A program made the position numbers and the translations under genes. DNA of 64,000 bases from Harriotta raleighana. Its lineage: Eukaryota. This document shows, in pieces, positions 1 through 13,006 of this stretch. The DNA lies in NCBI GenBank assembly GCA_050575255.1, contig JBNZDD010013632.1, positions 1,461,660 to 1,525,659 on the forward strand. The letters are read 5' to 3'. The stretch's first letter is position 1. The number at the start of each line of letters is the position of its first letter. The notes under the pieces are model-generated. The model saw nothing but the letters and a program-made list of their open reading frames with translations, did no database searches and had not been told where the DNA came from.

Positions 1-54
1 ACTGGATCGCAAATGTCAACCCAGGTACAGGGAATATGGCTTAACTGAACTTTA

Positions 55-400
55 ATAATGCTTGCATATGATACATAGCACCTTATCACATCATCAAGAT
101 GTTTGAAAGCTCTTTACTGGATTTCATTGTGCAGTGAGTATGTATTTGTAGGTGAATGCATCCACCAGTTTTATGTTCAGCACTGTCTCACAAATTGCTA
201 GGAGGTGAATAAACAATTTTATCCGGGGGTTTGTTGGACAGGATACTGGGGAAAACTTCCTTCTCATGTTGAATAGTGCCATGGTATCTCTAACAAGGCA
301 GCAATTCCCCCAGTACTGCACAGGAGAGTCAGTCTGGTTTGTGAGTTTGAAGTCTTGATATGGGAATTGAACCCAATATCTTCAGATAGAGATGAGAAAC
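55..400 (-). mobile_element. Degenerate Deu-domain SINE (SacSINE1/AmnSINE1-like)
   Basis: The reverse complement has a tRNA-like head (gggttcaattccca), gtgcagtactggggga, ccatggcactattcaaca, and an L2-like tail ending near tatcatatgcaag. This matches my recollection of the Deu-SINE layout. Confidence 0.6.
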
Positions 401-696
401 ATTTGTTAATATTTTCAACTGTATTTTTTATAATAGCAATTTATACAGAGTTTAAAACCTTGCAAGTTATATGGCAGCCCGGTACTAAGTTGCCTTGGGA
501 CATCCTCCCAATGTGAAAGGTGCTTTACGAATGTAAAATTGTATTATATTGTAAATTGAACCTTCGCTTTCCCATGGTCAGAATAATGTTGGTGGAAAAT
601 CGCAACTGGTTTACTCAATCGTCAATATTGAGTCACAGAAAGTATACACGTGTCAGCACACTGAGCATAATTCATGACATATGATTTATAATAATA

Positions 697-1269
697 CTAA
701 AAAGCCCATTTATCCGTGACTCGGTGAACCGGAACATCCGTATAACCGGAAGTTATCCCACCAGAATAGCAGTGGCACATTCAATGAATCGATTGTCGCA
801 CCAGAGTACTGTACAGGTATTTTGGCTTGCCGCTAGTAGAGCTTGAAAGTCGCGCTGTCGTTTTTTTTTCCTCTCGTGGCGGCCTCCATTGCAGAAGTTA
901 AGTATAAATAAAATACTAATATAATATTTTGTTATTACAGTATCTGTTATTAGTGTATTTAGTCTATTATTTATTGGTACTGTGTACAACATTCACAATA
1001 AAGTACCCATACAATATTCTGTTATTATCTGTTATTATTTAGTCTATTATTAATATGGTTTGTGTTAAAATAAGTTACTTTTTTTATGTTGGGTTTTCAG
1101 TGTCGGATCCGACCTTTTAACCGGCAAGCGTTTAACCGGCATTGGCCAGATCCTGCGGGTGCCGGATAAAGGGGCTTTTACTGNAGTGTCGGATCCGACC
1201 TTTTAACCGGCAAGCGTTTAACCGGCATTGGCCAGATCCCGCGGGTGCCGGATAAAGGGGCTTTTACTG
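697..1269. mobile_element. Non-autonomous Tc1/mariner (Tigger/pogo-like) MITE, copy 1
   Basis: Left end ctaaaaagcccatttatccg and right end cggataaaggggcttttactg are inverted repeats. It is TA-flanked inside a (TAA)n tract, CpG-rich relative to its flanks, and homologous to 52225-53421. The right end is doubled around the N at 1184. Confidence 0.8.
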
Positions 1270-1439
1270 TAATAATAATAATAAACTCATGTCCTCCAGT
1301 AACCTACTGATTCAATGGTGGGTGGGGTACCATTGCCCGCAGCTGCTCAGTGTAATGATTGAGCATATTGAACAGCCTGAACATGTTCAGCACTACATCC
1401 TATTGTTAATTAGATACAAGGATTATTATTATTGATGAG

Positions 1440-1620
1440 TGAGCGCTGACAGCCAATGTCAGCAGTTCACTCTTACCAGAAAGCCACCATAGCCAAGGCT
1501 GATCGTGCTCTCACCTGATATCAGCTCACACGTCCAAGATGGCTCACTGCATAGCCACCAGCAGCGTAAACACCGTTGTAGTTTTCCCTCCCTAAACCAG
1601 GAGAACAGTAATGCACTTTC
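1440..1620 (-). mobile_element. Old unclassified SINE-like repeat (family B) fragment
   Basis: Weak similarity to the reverse complement of 46116-46490 (ctgatcgtgctctcacctgatatc...ttttccctccctaaacc). Confidence 0.4.
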
Positions 1621-2269
1621 ACCTACAGATACACGGTTACTAAACATTACAGGGAATCCTGCATGTGTGTGAGCTGATATTGGCTTAGAATAGTATATGT
1701 TATCTTGGGAAGCACTTTGAGGCATTTTGACAACATGGTACGATGCTATATAAAATACAAAAATCATTTGAACTTGTATGTTTCCTCCATCGAAGAGTCT
1801 GTGATATGAATGAGTTCTGGCACATCCCTAAATTTCCAACACCTTCTTCATCCAATAAACACACTAAACCCATTATATAAAATTATTTTATGGGCTGAGG
1901 CTGAGTAAAAGTTCAGCCCCCCCCCCAAGTTCCCCTGACTGCACTTGAAGTGAGTCTGGCTGCACTGTGTGCAGTCTGCAATGGTTTTGATGGGGTAGGA
2001 GGAAGAATTAACTCAAGTTTGCCTGGAAACCAGCCTCAGGAGAACCATTTGTAATGTTGTTTCCTAATTCTCAAAGGGGCAGATGTTTCAGTTGTAAGCC
2101 TTTTCCAGGTAAATATCAACACTCAGCTTCAAGAGTCAGCTTTAAAAGATAAGTGGTTCAAAGTTCTCTGGGGATTAAATATCCACATAAGAAGAATAAC
2201 TTTATTTCCTAGCTTTAAAAGATCATCTTTTAACTAAATGAGCTGCTTTGAAAACAAAGCTATACATTT

Positions 2270-2530
2270 ACAAGTATGTGACCCATGTTCGAATCCAGAC
2301 AGGGCGAATCTTTGGGCAAGATTCCTTACTCCACACGCCTAATAATAATCCCTCAAATAAAACAATAATAAATTGGTAATTTGAATCCATAACTGTTTGT
2401 GGGACACAGCAGCAATCGGCTGCTGCGGTTCGCCCACAAATATACATTCAATTACTTTACAGTGTATTCCGTGAAGCGCTTTGAGACGTCCAGAAGATGT
2501 GAAAAGCACTATATCAAATGCAAGGATCAG
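2270..2530 (+). mobile_element. tRNA-derived SINE (family A), 5'-eroded
   Basis: B-box gttcgaatcc, then gggcaagattccttactccacacgcctaataataatccc, and tail tatcaaatgcaaggat. Colinear with 39859-40180. Confidence 0.85.
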
Positions 2531-2827
2531 TATGTTATCATTAATACATTCATACTCTCTCCATCAGTGCAACCATGAGGCAAAATAAATAGACCAATAG
2601 ATTTGACCAATCTACTAAAGTGTCAAGTGTGTTTGTGTACTCCCTCCTAAAGACAACGATTCACGGTGAGATACTGATCCACAGGCACCTTCTGCTGCAT
2701 CTTCCACATGGTTCTCTTTATTTGCGAGCCTGCACAGCGAGTGCTAGCACTCTAATTGACCATGTGGATATGACAGTCGAGCAATGCTGTGTTTACTGAA
2801 CAGCAATAAGAGCACGCCTAATAATAA

Positions 2828-2972
2828 GACTCGGGTAGATAGATTTATGTTAGGTAAGGGTATCAAAGGATATGGGGTAAGGGCGGGAAACTGGATTTGA
2901 GGTGCAGTTTAGTCATGATCTTATAGAAGAGCAAAACAGGTTTTAGGAGCTAAATGGCCTACTCCTGTTCCT
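2828..2972 (+). mobile_element. CR1 LINE 3' end
   Basis: gtagatagatttatgttaggtaagggtatcaaaggatatgggg...aaatggcctactcctgttcct is a typical CR1 ORF2 end plus 3' UTR. Homologous to the reverse complement of 15535-15740. Confidence 0.75.
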
Positions 2973-4729
2973 GGGTGCCTTGATGGGAGAAAACACAACA
3001 TAGAGAAAGGAGTACAAATCTCGCTGATTTTTCCCTTCCTTAACCAAGGGTTTATTGTAGGCCCATTGGAGATCAGCTAATTAAATACAGAGCAGGGATG
3101 AAGCTTCCGTGAAGCTTCATCAGTATGGCTGAAAATCATAGCACTGCCCATTGTTATATAGTTATTAGTATTTTTATCGTATTCATTGTTATTAAAAGTA
3201 TTAATAGACATTTTAAATTTTTGGTCTATATATTATTTGACTGAAAATCAAATGTGCAATGTTATTATGCTAATTCCTGCCTGCAGTCCACTTTTTCCTA
3301 ATCTAAATAATAATAAAATCTAATAATAGAAATCCTTGCATATGGAGCCTGATCACGTCATTGAAATGTCTCAAAATGTTTCACAGAATACACTGTAAAG
3401 TGAATTGATGGTGTATTTTGTGAACAAAATGCTCACAATCCACTATTCTGGAGAGATTTCAGTGCTCCCAGACAGTCTGCCTGCTGTAAATAGTGCATAC
3501 AGTAAAGTGTCTGAACTGTCCTGGATACCTATAGCCAGAGGCTGTACAATAAAAGCACAAGTTGGCCCTAACATTACATTATCTCTTGCTTGCTCTCTCT
3601 CTCTTTCTTTTCTTCCTTGTTCCAGCAGGATGTGCTCTACTCCACCTCAGTAATCAAAGCCAAAACCATAACTTCAGCAGGGTTCTCAATCAGGCTTTGA
3701 TCTTTCTCAGACAATATGCTACATGTTTTCCAAATTACCGAAGTGCTGATCATTAGACAAATCATATTGAATCCCAACGTTGTACTTCGATGAAGTTAGA
3801 AGGTGGTGGTTGGGGTGGGGTGGGAGAGATAAAAGTTCAACCCAGCCTTTTGTCTCTGGTGCAGCTTTCTGGGAGAAAACCCAACATAGCGTAAATCAAG
3901 AAATATTCAATAACGAACATTTATTTTGTTGGCTGACCAAATAAATTGGCCACCACTGCTCTTGTTACTTAGATCACACACATTGACTAACAAAGACTGT
4001 TCTGACTGATGACAGCCTTCCTGCCCTTAATTACCATTTCACACTTGAGTGCTCATTAAATTAGGAAACACTAATCTGACTAAATTTGTTGGCCAAACCC
4101 TCCTCTAAATATTGTCACCTGTGATCTCACAACCAGAACAAATGCCATCAGACCAAATAGGCAGTCATAAAATGATAATTAGGTTTAATGAAGGAAGCCT
4201 GAAGGCTCCAATCAATACAACTTCACTTTCCTTTGACAGAATGCTGCAGGGCATTGGTGACTCTACGGAAGCCAGTCCATCACAGCTATTCTTCACTGAC
4301 GACTAGAGATTCCATCTCACCCTTTTCATTCATACATTAAACTGGAATGCCACCGCAGTGCACAGTCCTAGCATTGCCTTCGCCCATTACCTTTTGCATC
4401 AGATGCTAAACTTCCTCAACAATCTCACTCATATTTATCACTGAAGAGCATTGCAATCAAATTCCAAAATACTTGTGCTTACTAATGTGAGGAAAATAAG
4501 ATTCTAATATCTTTATGAAAAAGGGGAGGTTTTCAAGAAAAAGTGTTGAGTTACCTTTTTACAATCCTCAGTGCAATCCTTGGCTCCCACATTTGTACTT
4601 TAATATTTAAGATTTTTGTTCTCAGACAATTACAATAAAGTACAATCTTTAACTTTAAGACAAAATGACCTTTTAATGGATTACTGAGTCTGCATATCAG
4701 ACAGTTTGCTTTTAGATTTAATGTTGGAC

Positions 4730-4930
4730 TTAGAACTAATAGAATATTTCAGCATACAATAAGGCTATTTAGTCTATCCTGCCTGCGACAACAAAGAATT
4801 ATGTATTTAGTTCCACTCCTCCGCCTTTTCTTAAGCACTTATATTTCTTTGCTTCCCAGATTCTAATATCCTTTTAAAAGCTATTATAAATTCTGCTACA
4901 ATCTCCGTTTTTGGTTGGACATGACCACAG
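4730..4930 (-). mobile_element. Degenerate CR1 3' fragment
   Basis: tagaatatttcagcatacaataaggctatttag...cttttaaaagctattat parallels 7320-7490. Confidence 0.5.
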
Positions 4931-5149
4931 ACCAAATTATTTGCCAATCTTTGTCTTGATGTGCTATTATCACACAATCTTAGAGATGACAATGCAGACT
5001 GAGCACAGACTGTGGAGCTCGTTTGGTTCTCTGAAAATGTTGCAGGCCTTAAGATCTCTTAAGACTCTGCCACTCTGAATGAACTGCTGTTGTCAAGGAG
5101 ACATTCCCCACAGTCATTCTCTTTTCTTTTCTGTTTCTTTCATGGAGTC

Positions 5150-5386
5150 CTATAGCTCAGTGTTTACAAGCAACACTCAGTTAAATGCAGGGCGAAACCT
5201 TAGGCAAGTTTCCTTACTCCACACACCTAATAATAATCCCTCAAAAAAAATTGGTCATTTCAATCCGAAATTCTTTGTGGGATACTGCTGTATATACAGT
5301 CAATTCACTTTACATTATATTCCTTGAAGCACTTTGAGACATAGAAAAGTGCTATATCAAGTGCAAGGATGATTATTATTATTATT
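5150..5386 (+). mobile_element. tRNA-derived SINE (family A), internally deleted
   Basis: tagctcagtg head, gggcgaaaccttaggcaagtttccttactccacac, and tail tatcaagtgcaaggat followed by (att)n. Confidence 0.8.
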
Positions 5387-6001
5387 TCTAGGCAGTACTT
5401 TGACTCCATCTGACTCACTCCATGGTCTGATTTCACAAAAATACAGATAATTACATGGGTTTGCACATATGTCAGACACTCAGCTTGCCCAAAAATGCCT
5501 TTCTTCAACAACAAAATTACACTTGTATCGCTCCTTTCAAGTTGGGAGGACGTCCCAAAGCCTCTACTTGTTTTGATATAATTGACCTGTTTCTTTTTGG
5601 CTCATGGCAAATATTTCCCTTTGTGCTGTTCTCCTCCACACCTCCTTTTAAGATGTGCAACTTAAGGCCTTGTGCCTAATATCCATTGATTGAGCATCCA
5701 TCTGATGCTTAGACCGACAAACATTACCTCTAGCTCACAAGTGGAGAGGAAAGCATTTACTTCAGTTAGCCTAAGCATATGCTTTCTATCACAAACTTCA
5801 TTAGCATCTTAAATCGATGAGAGGGGTTGATCAGTTACTATCATTTGTTCCCTAAGTAACACTTATGCGACTGATAATTGTTCATCTGAGAAGCTTTGAT
5901 GGGTCTAAATTTCTCCCAAAGATAAACTATGTATCTAATCGAAATGCCAGACTATATAAATTCCTGACTTCATATAGCACTGGTTTCCAAAGTTTCATTA
6001 C

Positions 6002-6132
6002 CTGAGAGCTAATGTTCTCATAACCATTGTAGACATTCACCAAAAGTCTGAAACAGGCCAGGGTTGCAAACCTGTCTAATAAAGAGTTTATGCCCCAGGA
6101 TATGGAATGAATTTCAAATGCAAATTCATGAT
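6002..6132 (-). CDS. Candidate exon of an unidentified gene (DHEFAFEIHSISWGINSLLDRFATLACFRLLVNVYNGYENISSQ)
   Basis: tattctgatccag acceptor and CAG|gtaatg donor with an open frame. Phase-compatible with 6496-6599. No recognised homology. Confidence 0.15.
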
Positions 6133-6495
6133 CTGGATCAGAATACACATCACAGAATATATTTGTGTGTAAAATGTATGTAAATGTAATGTAGTAATGA
6201 TGGAATTAGATGATGGCACCTGAGCAACTCAACTGAATTATTATTTTGGAATTCCTTTATCACGAATACATCAAACTGTACAATACATGCTCCAAATTCA
6301 CCACCTGTATTTTGTGTAATTACCATAGCGTGATGACTTTTACATTTCTTATTGCTTCCAAGACCCGATCAAAAAGGTTTAATTTCATCATTGATTTTTT
6401 GATATGAAATGCTGCACCAACATTTTAGCTTTCTCATGCGATTCTTGTTTACTTGCATTTTTCCATCAGATAATCCATAATGATTTGCCATTTAC

Positions 6496-6599
6496 CAATA
6501 GAAATGTTCCATATACCAGTTGACATTATTGTCATGGTACAGTACCAGGTCACATTGCGAGTGACAATGTTGTACTCAAGTGCCATGGGACTTATTAAT
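6496..6599 (-). CDS. Candidate exon of an unidentified gene (RLISPMALEYNIVTRNVTWYCTMTIMSTGIWNISI)
   Basis: tgtgttcctttgtacag acceptor and TTG|gtaaat donor; 104 nt open frame in repeat-free sequence. Protein not recognised. Confidence 0.25.
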
Positions 6600-7303
6600 C
6601 TGTACAAAGGAACACAATGAAATGCTACCAGTGTTGACTGCACAATGATTTCACAGTTTATTCCAACTATTCATCCCAAACTACCTTTATATTACAAACG
6701 TGCAGATCCATCCTCACATTCAGTTCAAAACAGGATGATCATACAAGGTTTACGACTGCAGATGTAGTTTAATATTGCTCGGGCAATATTAAATTACCTG
6801 CAACAATAAAAGTGCCAATTCTCTTCCCAGGGGAAAGATGTCTGGGGATTACAGCAGGTCGATGCAACTATAGTACCATGCTTTGTGACCTAGGTCAACA
6901 CAAATAGCAAGTGCTGGGAGGTTTTATTTGAAACTATAACTGTTATGAATTACTTTGTGACTTATGTTTGGCCATTTAGCCTGGTGTTGTATAAACAGAG
7001 TATGCGGTACTTACAAAAGGGCTGAATATTTTAGCAAGGACTGAATTTACATCTGCTTGTTAGGCATTCCTGTTATCTTTCACTCTTGTTCATGTGCAAG
7101 GTTATGCACCGTTTCAGTGAGGATTAGGTTATGGCAACATGGACTCTGCTCCTGAACTGTATCCCATGTGCTTTCGATGAGAGAATTAAGCATTTATCAT
7201 GAAACAGTTTTCTTACGTTCAATCCAAGATCACTTTGAAGTATTAGTTTCAAGACAGCTTTTTCTTCACAGCAGTGAGATTTCTGATTGTATTGTGGTAA
7301 ATT

Positions 7304-7912
7304 ATGATAGAATCACAGAATCATAGAATGTTACAGCACAGAAGGAGGCCATTCGGCCCATCGAGTCTGTGCCGGCTCTTTGACAGAACAATGTCACTTT
7401 TATTAACCCCAATCACCAGCTTTCTCCCTATAACCCTGCAAACCCGTCTTCCCCAGATAGCTATCCAGTTCTCTCTTAAAAGCTGTTATCGAATTGGACC
7501 TCACTAGCCTTTCAGGCAGATCATTCCAAATTCGAACAACTCGCTGAGTAAAAAAATTTCTTCTAACCTCCCCTCTGCTTCTTTTGGTAGATATCTTAAG
7601 ACTGCGACCACGGGTCACAGACACACCTACCAGCGGAAACAGCTGTTCCCTATCTAGCCTGTCGAAACCTTTCATGATCTTGAAGACCTCTATCAGGTCC
7701 CCGCGTAATCTTCTCTGCTCTAATGGGAAAAGTCCTAACTTCTCCAGCCTGTCCTCAGAGCTAAGGTTCCCCATTCCTGGTATCATTCTCGTGAATCGCC
7801 TCTGCACCCTTTCCAGTGCCTTAATGTCCTTCCTAAAGTAAGGTGCCCAGAACTGGACACAGTACTCCAGCTGAGGCCTAACCAGTGTTTTGTATAAATT
7901 AACCATAACTTC
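7304..7912 (-). mobile_element. 5'-truncated CR1 LINE: ORF2 C-terminus (open 7403-7906), 3' UTR and (ATTCTRTG)n tail
   Basis: Translation LYKTLVRPQLEYCVQFWAPY...ALERVQRRFTRMIPG...EQRRLRGDLIEVFKIMKG...FFTQRVVRIWNDLP is the canonical CR1 ORF2 C-terminus. The tail reads attctatgattctgtgattctat on the minus strand. Confidence 0.95.
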
Positions 7913-10714
7913 CCTACTCTTAATGCTGGGGAATTCTTTCTAAAATATTTCTTGAGAGGCCATTTCAACTGCTAAGGGAGAATGTATGACAAAACCACAC
8001 TGTAAACCAAATGCCGTGGGATACATAGCTTGACATGTGTCAAAGAACTGTAAACTGCAGCCCTGGCATTATCAGATTCAGTACCCCTTTTTGTTTGCCA
8101 ATGCTCTCTAGAACAGGACTGCACTGGACAATGTTTTTAAATGTCAGTTAAGAATATAAAGAGTCAGTCATGATCCCAGTATTGACAGAACTATAGCCTA
8201 CTGATTTCCAACATCGAAATTAAATACCCATTGTTCACTATGGTCAGATGTGTTCAATGCATGTCTGCACACACAAACATCTTAAATTCAAATCTGTCTG
8301 GGTCCGGGGGAAATCTGAACTGTTTCCGGAGACTGGGTTAAGAGGGACATTCAAGGACAGTGCAGGAAATTCAGGAATGGTGAAAAATCATTCACTGGAG
8401 ATCAACAGAACTCAACACAAGAAGGACAAGAAGCTGAAGGTGTACTTCAACTGTTTTCCTTTGAGATTAGGCTGTCAGAACTGACCAGAACCACCTTTGT
8501 TGCTTTCAAAATATATGAATATCACCAGGCAGTTCAGTGTGTGCGTCTCTGTGTATTTCTAATGCTGCATATCAGGAAACAGCAAACATCCTGCAGTTAG
8601 CAGCAGCAGCGTAACTGTGATCACTTTACTTCACTGCAAGAGCTCCCACTGGAGCAAACATCTCTGATAAAAGCCAACGGCTATCTACAGAGAGAGATGT
8701 ATAGCCATAGAATCACTTCAGAATTGCCACTGCGTGAAGGGTTTGTAGCAATAACAGCAACAACAACAGCATGCACTTATTTAGCGACCTTCACTCTGGG
8801 TAATTCCTTGATCCACTTCAGATAAAAGCCCAATGGGCAATTGTTTAAAGATGGGTAAATGTATGAGCTTTAGCAGGTTGGATCATCCAATTCTCTCCTG
8901 TCCAATAATCTTGTAAGTAAGTTTGTACAGGGGAGCTTTTCCACCTATGAATCAATTTTATGTGGCATATTTCAGTCAAATACCAATGGACTGCAGGAAA
9001 GAGAGTCATATTTACACAGAAAAATAACGATACAGTACATCAAATCTATGAAAAGTTTTATGTGGAATGCATACTTGCTTATAGTTTACTGATTCGTGCG
9101 GAGGAAGTGTGTTTTTGTATAAACATTGAAACTCCAAGAATGACAGCTATTTTTATTTTACACCTAAGGCACGATGCGTCTGTTAGTCATTCATTGCCAG
9201 TGAACACCTCAGCTTACTCTGCTCATACGGACATATTGCCAGAACGAAGGGATAAAACAGCAGCTCAAAAATTAACAGATGGACCAAAGATGTATTGCGC
9301 ACAATCCCACCTGTTCTTAATCAGCAAGACTATTTTGCCCTGATATTTCAGGTCACACAAACTTGTGCCATATTTTAAAATTGATTCTGAATTCGGAAGC
9401 CAGTATTCTGCAGTACTTAAAAAGAACTGGTCTCCACATGTAGACTCAAATTAAGAATCTTACACAAAATTCTGTGACCTTAAACCGTTAAAAAAAAGAC
9501 AATGTGGAACTTCAGGCGGATGTGATGGATCCCTTGTTATTTGTGACATATTTGGCATATATCTACTAAAAGCATCAAGCAGAAGCAGGTAATGATCACT
9601 CTTGACTGCCTGTTGATCTATCTAACAGTTAAAATGAGGGGTGAGGGCTGTTGTATTTGGTTTTATAATAGAAAAAATGCAAAATTTCTCCTGACATGTC
9701 TCATCTGAAATACTAACCTGACATTCTCTGTCAGAATTTGATTGACCTGTGTGTAGTCTTACAACTTCTGTCTTTTTTTTTTAGGTGGGAAAAAAAGGTT
9801 GTCTTTGTGTAGACATCATTGAAAAATTTCAGAATGAAATCCTGAGGCTATGTGATTTTGAGTGCATATATGCGTGTAAATAAAATGACTGCTATCCATT
9901 ATTGCATGACCAAGTTAACAAACACAAATAGATTATTTCACACCCACCAAATAAAGGTTTATCAATCTAATTGGTATTAAAATATAATTTCAGAGTAGAT
10001 ATTGGTTGTGCTGAAATAAATGAGTGCATTACAAGTAGAGATTACCTTTTTTCTTGCCCTCTTGTTGACTGCCAAACTCATTTAATCTATTTAATCAGTT
10101 CTATCAAATACTGCCATTAGCAGAGCAAAGGAAACTTCCAACTGTCTCTTTCAATCAGGGAGCAGGGATGTCCTTTTGTGTCACTGCACTTTGAGCTCAC
10201 ACCTACACATAGATGAGGAAAAGCCTGCGGTTGCTTGGAAAGGAAAAAGAAATGCAAAGATTTTTTGCATCAGAAAGGCTACAGAGAGATGAAGCTTACA
10301 TCTTTTGATTTTAAAGAGAAGTGGAACTAGCGTTCATGACATCAGATTACATCGCATATTTGGATCTAAATGCCCTTAAAGGAAAATTGGTATAAAAGAG
10401 CAGTCTTGCATTAAGCATTAATGATTTGTGCTGTCAGGTTACTCAGGCTGCACATTCGATCCAGTTCCGAGAAAAAAAATGTGGAGAAAAACTAGGATAT
10501 TAAAATATATGGAGCTGACACCACATACAACAGATTAACTGGATGCTAAGGTTTGTCACAGCTTTGCTCAGAAACGGAGCACACTCGGCTCACTGAAACT
10601 CATGGATATGCAGCCAGCTGAAGAAAAGGTGAAAGCATGCCTCAAGGGTCTGTTTCATAAGCAACATCAACCTATTATTTTAACATGACAAATTGGTCAG
10701 TAATATTACTACTA

Positions 10715-10935
10715 ATGCTAATAATCCTTACATTTAATATAGTGTCTTTCACGTCAGAAGTCTCAAAGCGCTTTAAGGATTTACTATAAAGTGTATTGAC
10801 TGATGTACTTTGTAGGAGACCGCTATAGATAATTTGCGCGCATTAACGTTCCACAAAGCCATGAAGTGAATGACTGTCTCTTTTAATCATTTCATACGCG
10901 GGATTATCAGGCAGGACAATGGGAGAAACTGGGAG
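10715..10935 (-). mobile_element. Deu/family-A-type SINE 3' portion
   Basis: ataatccttacatttaatatagtgtctttcacgtc...ctcaaagcgcttt...ggcaggacaatgggagaaact. Confidence 0.65.
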
Positions 10936-11769
10936 AAACTAGCCTCTCACTTGGCATGGGCTACAAAACAAAACAAATAATTGTTTATCTCCATCTGGTC
11001 TCTTCAGAGACATTGAGCAGCACAAATTGAGAGAGGGTGTTTCACTAAGAAGGGTCATGGCCTCTTCATTTGCTCAAGGAGGGGAACAAAACTATGCCTC
11101 TTCCCCATCTCCCCTTTATATAAGTGCACTGAAGGGATGTAGGTCTGCCATGTTTCTCTCTGGGAAGAGTTGCACAGCTGTCAAAGAACAGTGGAGAGAA
11201 GGGAAAGGAATGTTGCAGGCCATTGAGTCTCAACAAAAACTTGTGATCGAAAAAGAGCTTTATTCAAGAAACAAAGCATTATTTGACATTTAGTGTCACC
11301 ACTTCTGGCTTTATCTGAAGAAAGTTCTTCCAAGGAACAAATAAAGCAATATGGAATAAATAAAGAAAACACATTCTCTCTTCAACAAACTATTCAGAAG
11401 CAACATTATCCCCTTCTGGCAATCTATTGATTGACACAAACGGTTTTCTTGGATTGTAAGTAGATAAAAGAGAAGCTTTAGAGAAAGTTGACCTGGTTTC
11501 TGGCCAGATTATCAGGCCATAATTGTTGTAAATCTGTCTGTCAACTCCCAAGGGAAAAGTCCATCATTCTCATTACGTTAACAAATATCATCCCGGTTTA
11601 TTACACGTCAGAAGAATAGTCTTCCTCAGCAAGCAGTAATTACCAATTAGCTGGAATTTAAAATGATTTTCAAAGTCTACATATGTTACCGAGAATGTTA
11701 CAAATGTGGGAAATTAAATTGTCTGGGGAAATTTTGCAAAGTTAAGAAAAATTGGATACTGTATTAATG

Positions 11770-11875
11770 ATAATAATAATCCTTGCATTTGATATTCCAA
11801 CCATAGCTTCAAAAATGCCTCAAAGCACTTCACAGTGAACCACTGTCAAGACACAGACTGTGTATTTATAGGCAA
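11770..11875 (-). mobile_element. Family A SINE tail
   Basis: aataataatccttgcatttgatat...ctcaaagcacttcacag. Confidence 0.7.
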
Positions 11876-12179
11876 TAATTGATAGAACATGTAGCATAGC
11901 GACAGTTAAGCAGTTCAGTGATTTGATCACCATGAAGTAAGTCATCGGGTTGGGGGATACAGGTAGGGGATGGGGGAATGAATTTCTGGTGTGGGTCATG
12001 GAATTGTTAACATGTTCCAGAGATTGGGAGATGAAATAATTGACAATGTAGATTAGACAAAAAATTGATCCATGCTCTACACAAAATGCAATACTGAACC
12101 AATGAATCCATTCCCAATTTGGACACCTGTTATCTTATTGAGAACCACTTTTTTTTCTTTACAGGGACTTTCTGCTTTG

Positions 12180-12480
12180 TTGATGGCTTGGTTGGTAAAG
12201 CCCCTACCTGGAGTGAAATGAATGATTTAAAAGACCCCACAGCTCAATCCCTGGTACATACCGAGTTAACTGATTACAGCTAAAAGAACTATTTGGGGAC
12301 TGCAATTGGCATCAGTGTTCTGGATCATGAATAGAAAACAAATCAACNCCCACAGCTCAATCCCTGGTACATACCGAGTTAACTGATTACAGCTAAAATA
12401 ACTATTTGGGGACTGCAATTGGCATCAGTGTTCTGGATCATGAATAGAAAACAAATCAATTTGGATTCCCACTCCATCGG
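12180..12480 (+). mobile_element. Family B SINE-like fragment, partly doubled around N12348
   Basis: gatggcttggttggtaaa head, then gagttaactgattacagc and caattggcatcagtg motifs shared with 46116-46490 and 51595-51780. Confidence 0.5.
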
Positions 12481-12967
12481 CCTGAATTCTAATAATCTTA
12501 CCATTGAGAATGTTGTCTCAAAAACTGGCAAAAAATGTAAAAGTCCTTAAATTTCCACAGTTCTCAAAAATAAGTGCAGAAAACCCGCTTCCAGAATATA
12601 ACTGAATTTTAAAATANGTTGTCTCAAAAACTGGCAAAAAATGTAAAAGTCCTTAAATTTCCACAGTCCTCAAAAATAAGTGCAGAAAACCCGCTTCCAG
12701 AATATAACTGAATTTTAAAATATTTTTTTTTGTAAAAACAATCCCTCCAGTCCCAAATTGGTCCAATTTTACAATGATCATAAATACACAGTTTAAGACC
12801 TTGCCCCAGCAACCTGAGTTTCATCAAATCCACTCAAAAACCCATTATCACAGAATACAGTCCCTCAAAACCCCGAAAGGCATAGGTTCCAAGACATTAG
12901 CATTGCTGTGAACATCTTAATCTGATATCATATACTAGATAGACATCTTTAACCAAGTGAGGTTATA

Positions 12968-13006
12968 ATACTGCACTTGATCTTAGCCAAAAGGTCAAGA
13001 AGCAAT
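12968..13006 (-). pseudogene. 3'-truncated U2 snRNA pseudogene (U2 nt 1-39)
   Basis: Reverse complement attgcttcttgaccttttggctaagatcaagtgcagtat versus the U2 5' end atcgcttctcggccttttggctaagatcaagtgtagtat: 35/39 identical, with two changes at CpG sites. Confidence 0.9.

Noticed and set aside
1099-1269. 85-bp direct duplication of the MITE right end around N1184
   Set aside because: Near-identical copies separated by a single N indicate unmerged overlapping contig ends or alleles, not biology.
12235-12722. Two ~105-112 bp tandem duplications around N12348 and N12617
   Set aside because: Same single-N scaffolding signature, with about 1 SNP per pair.
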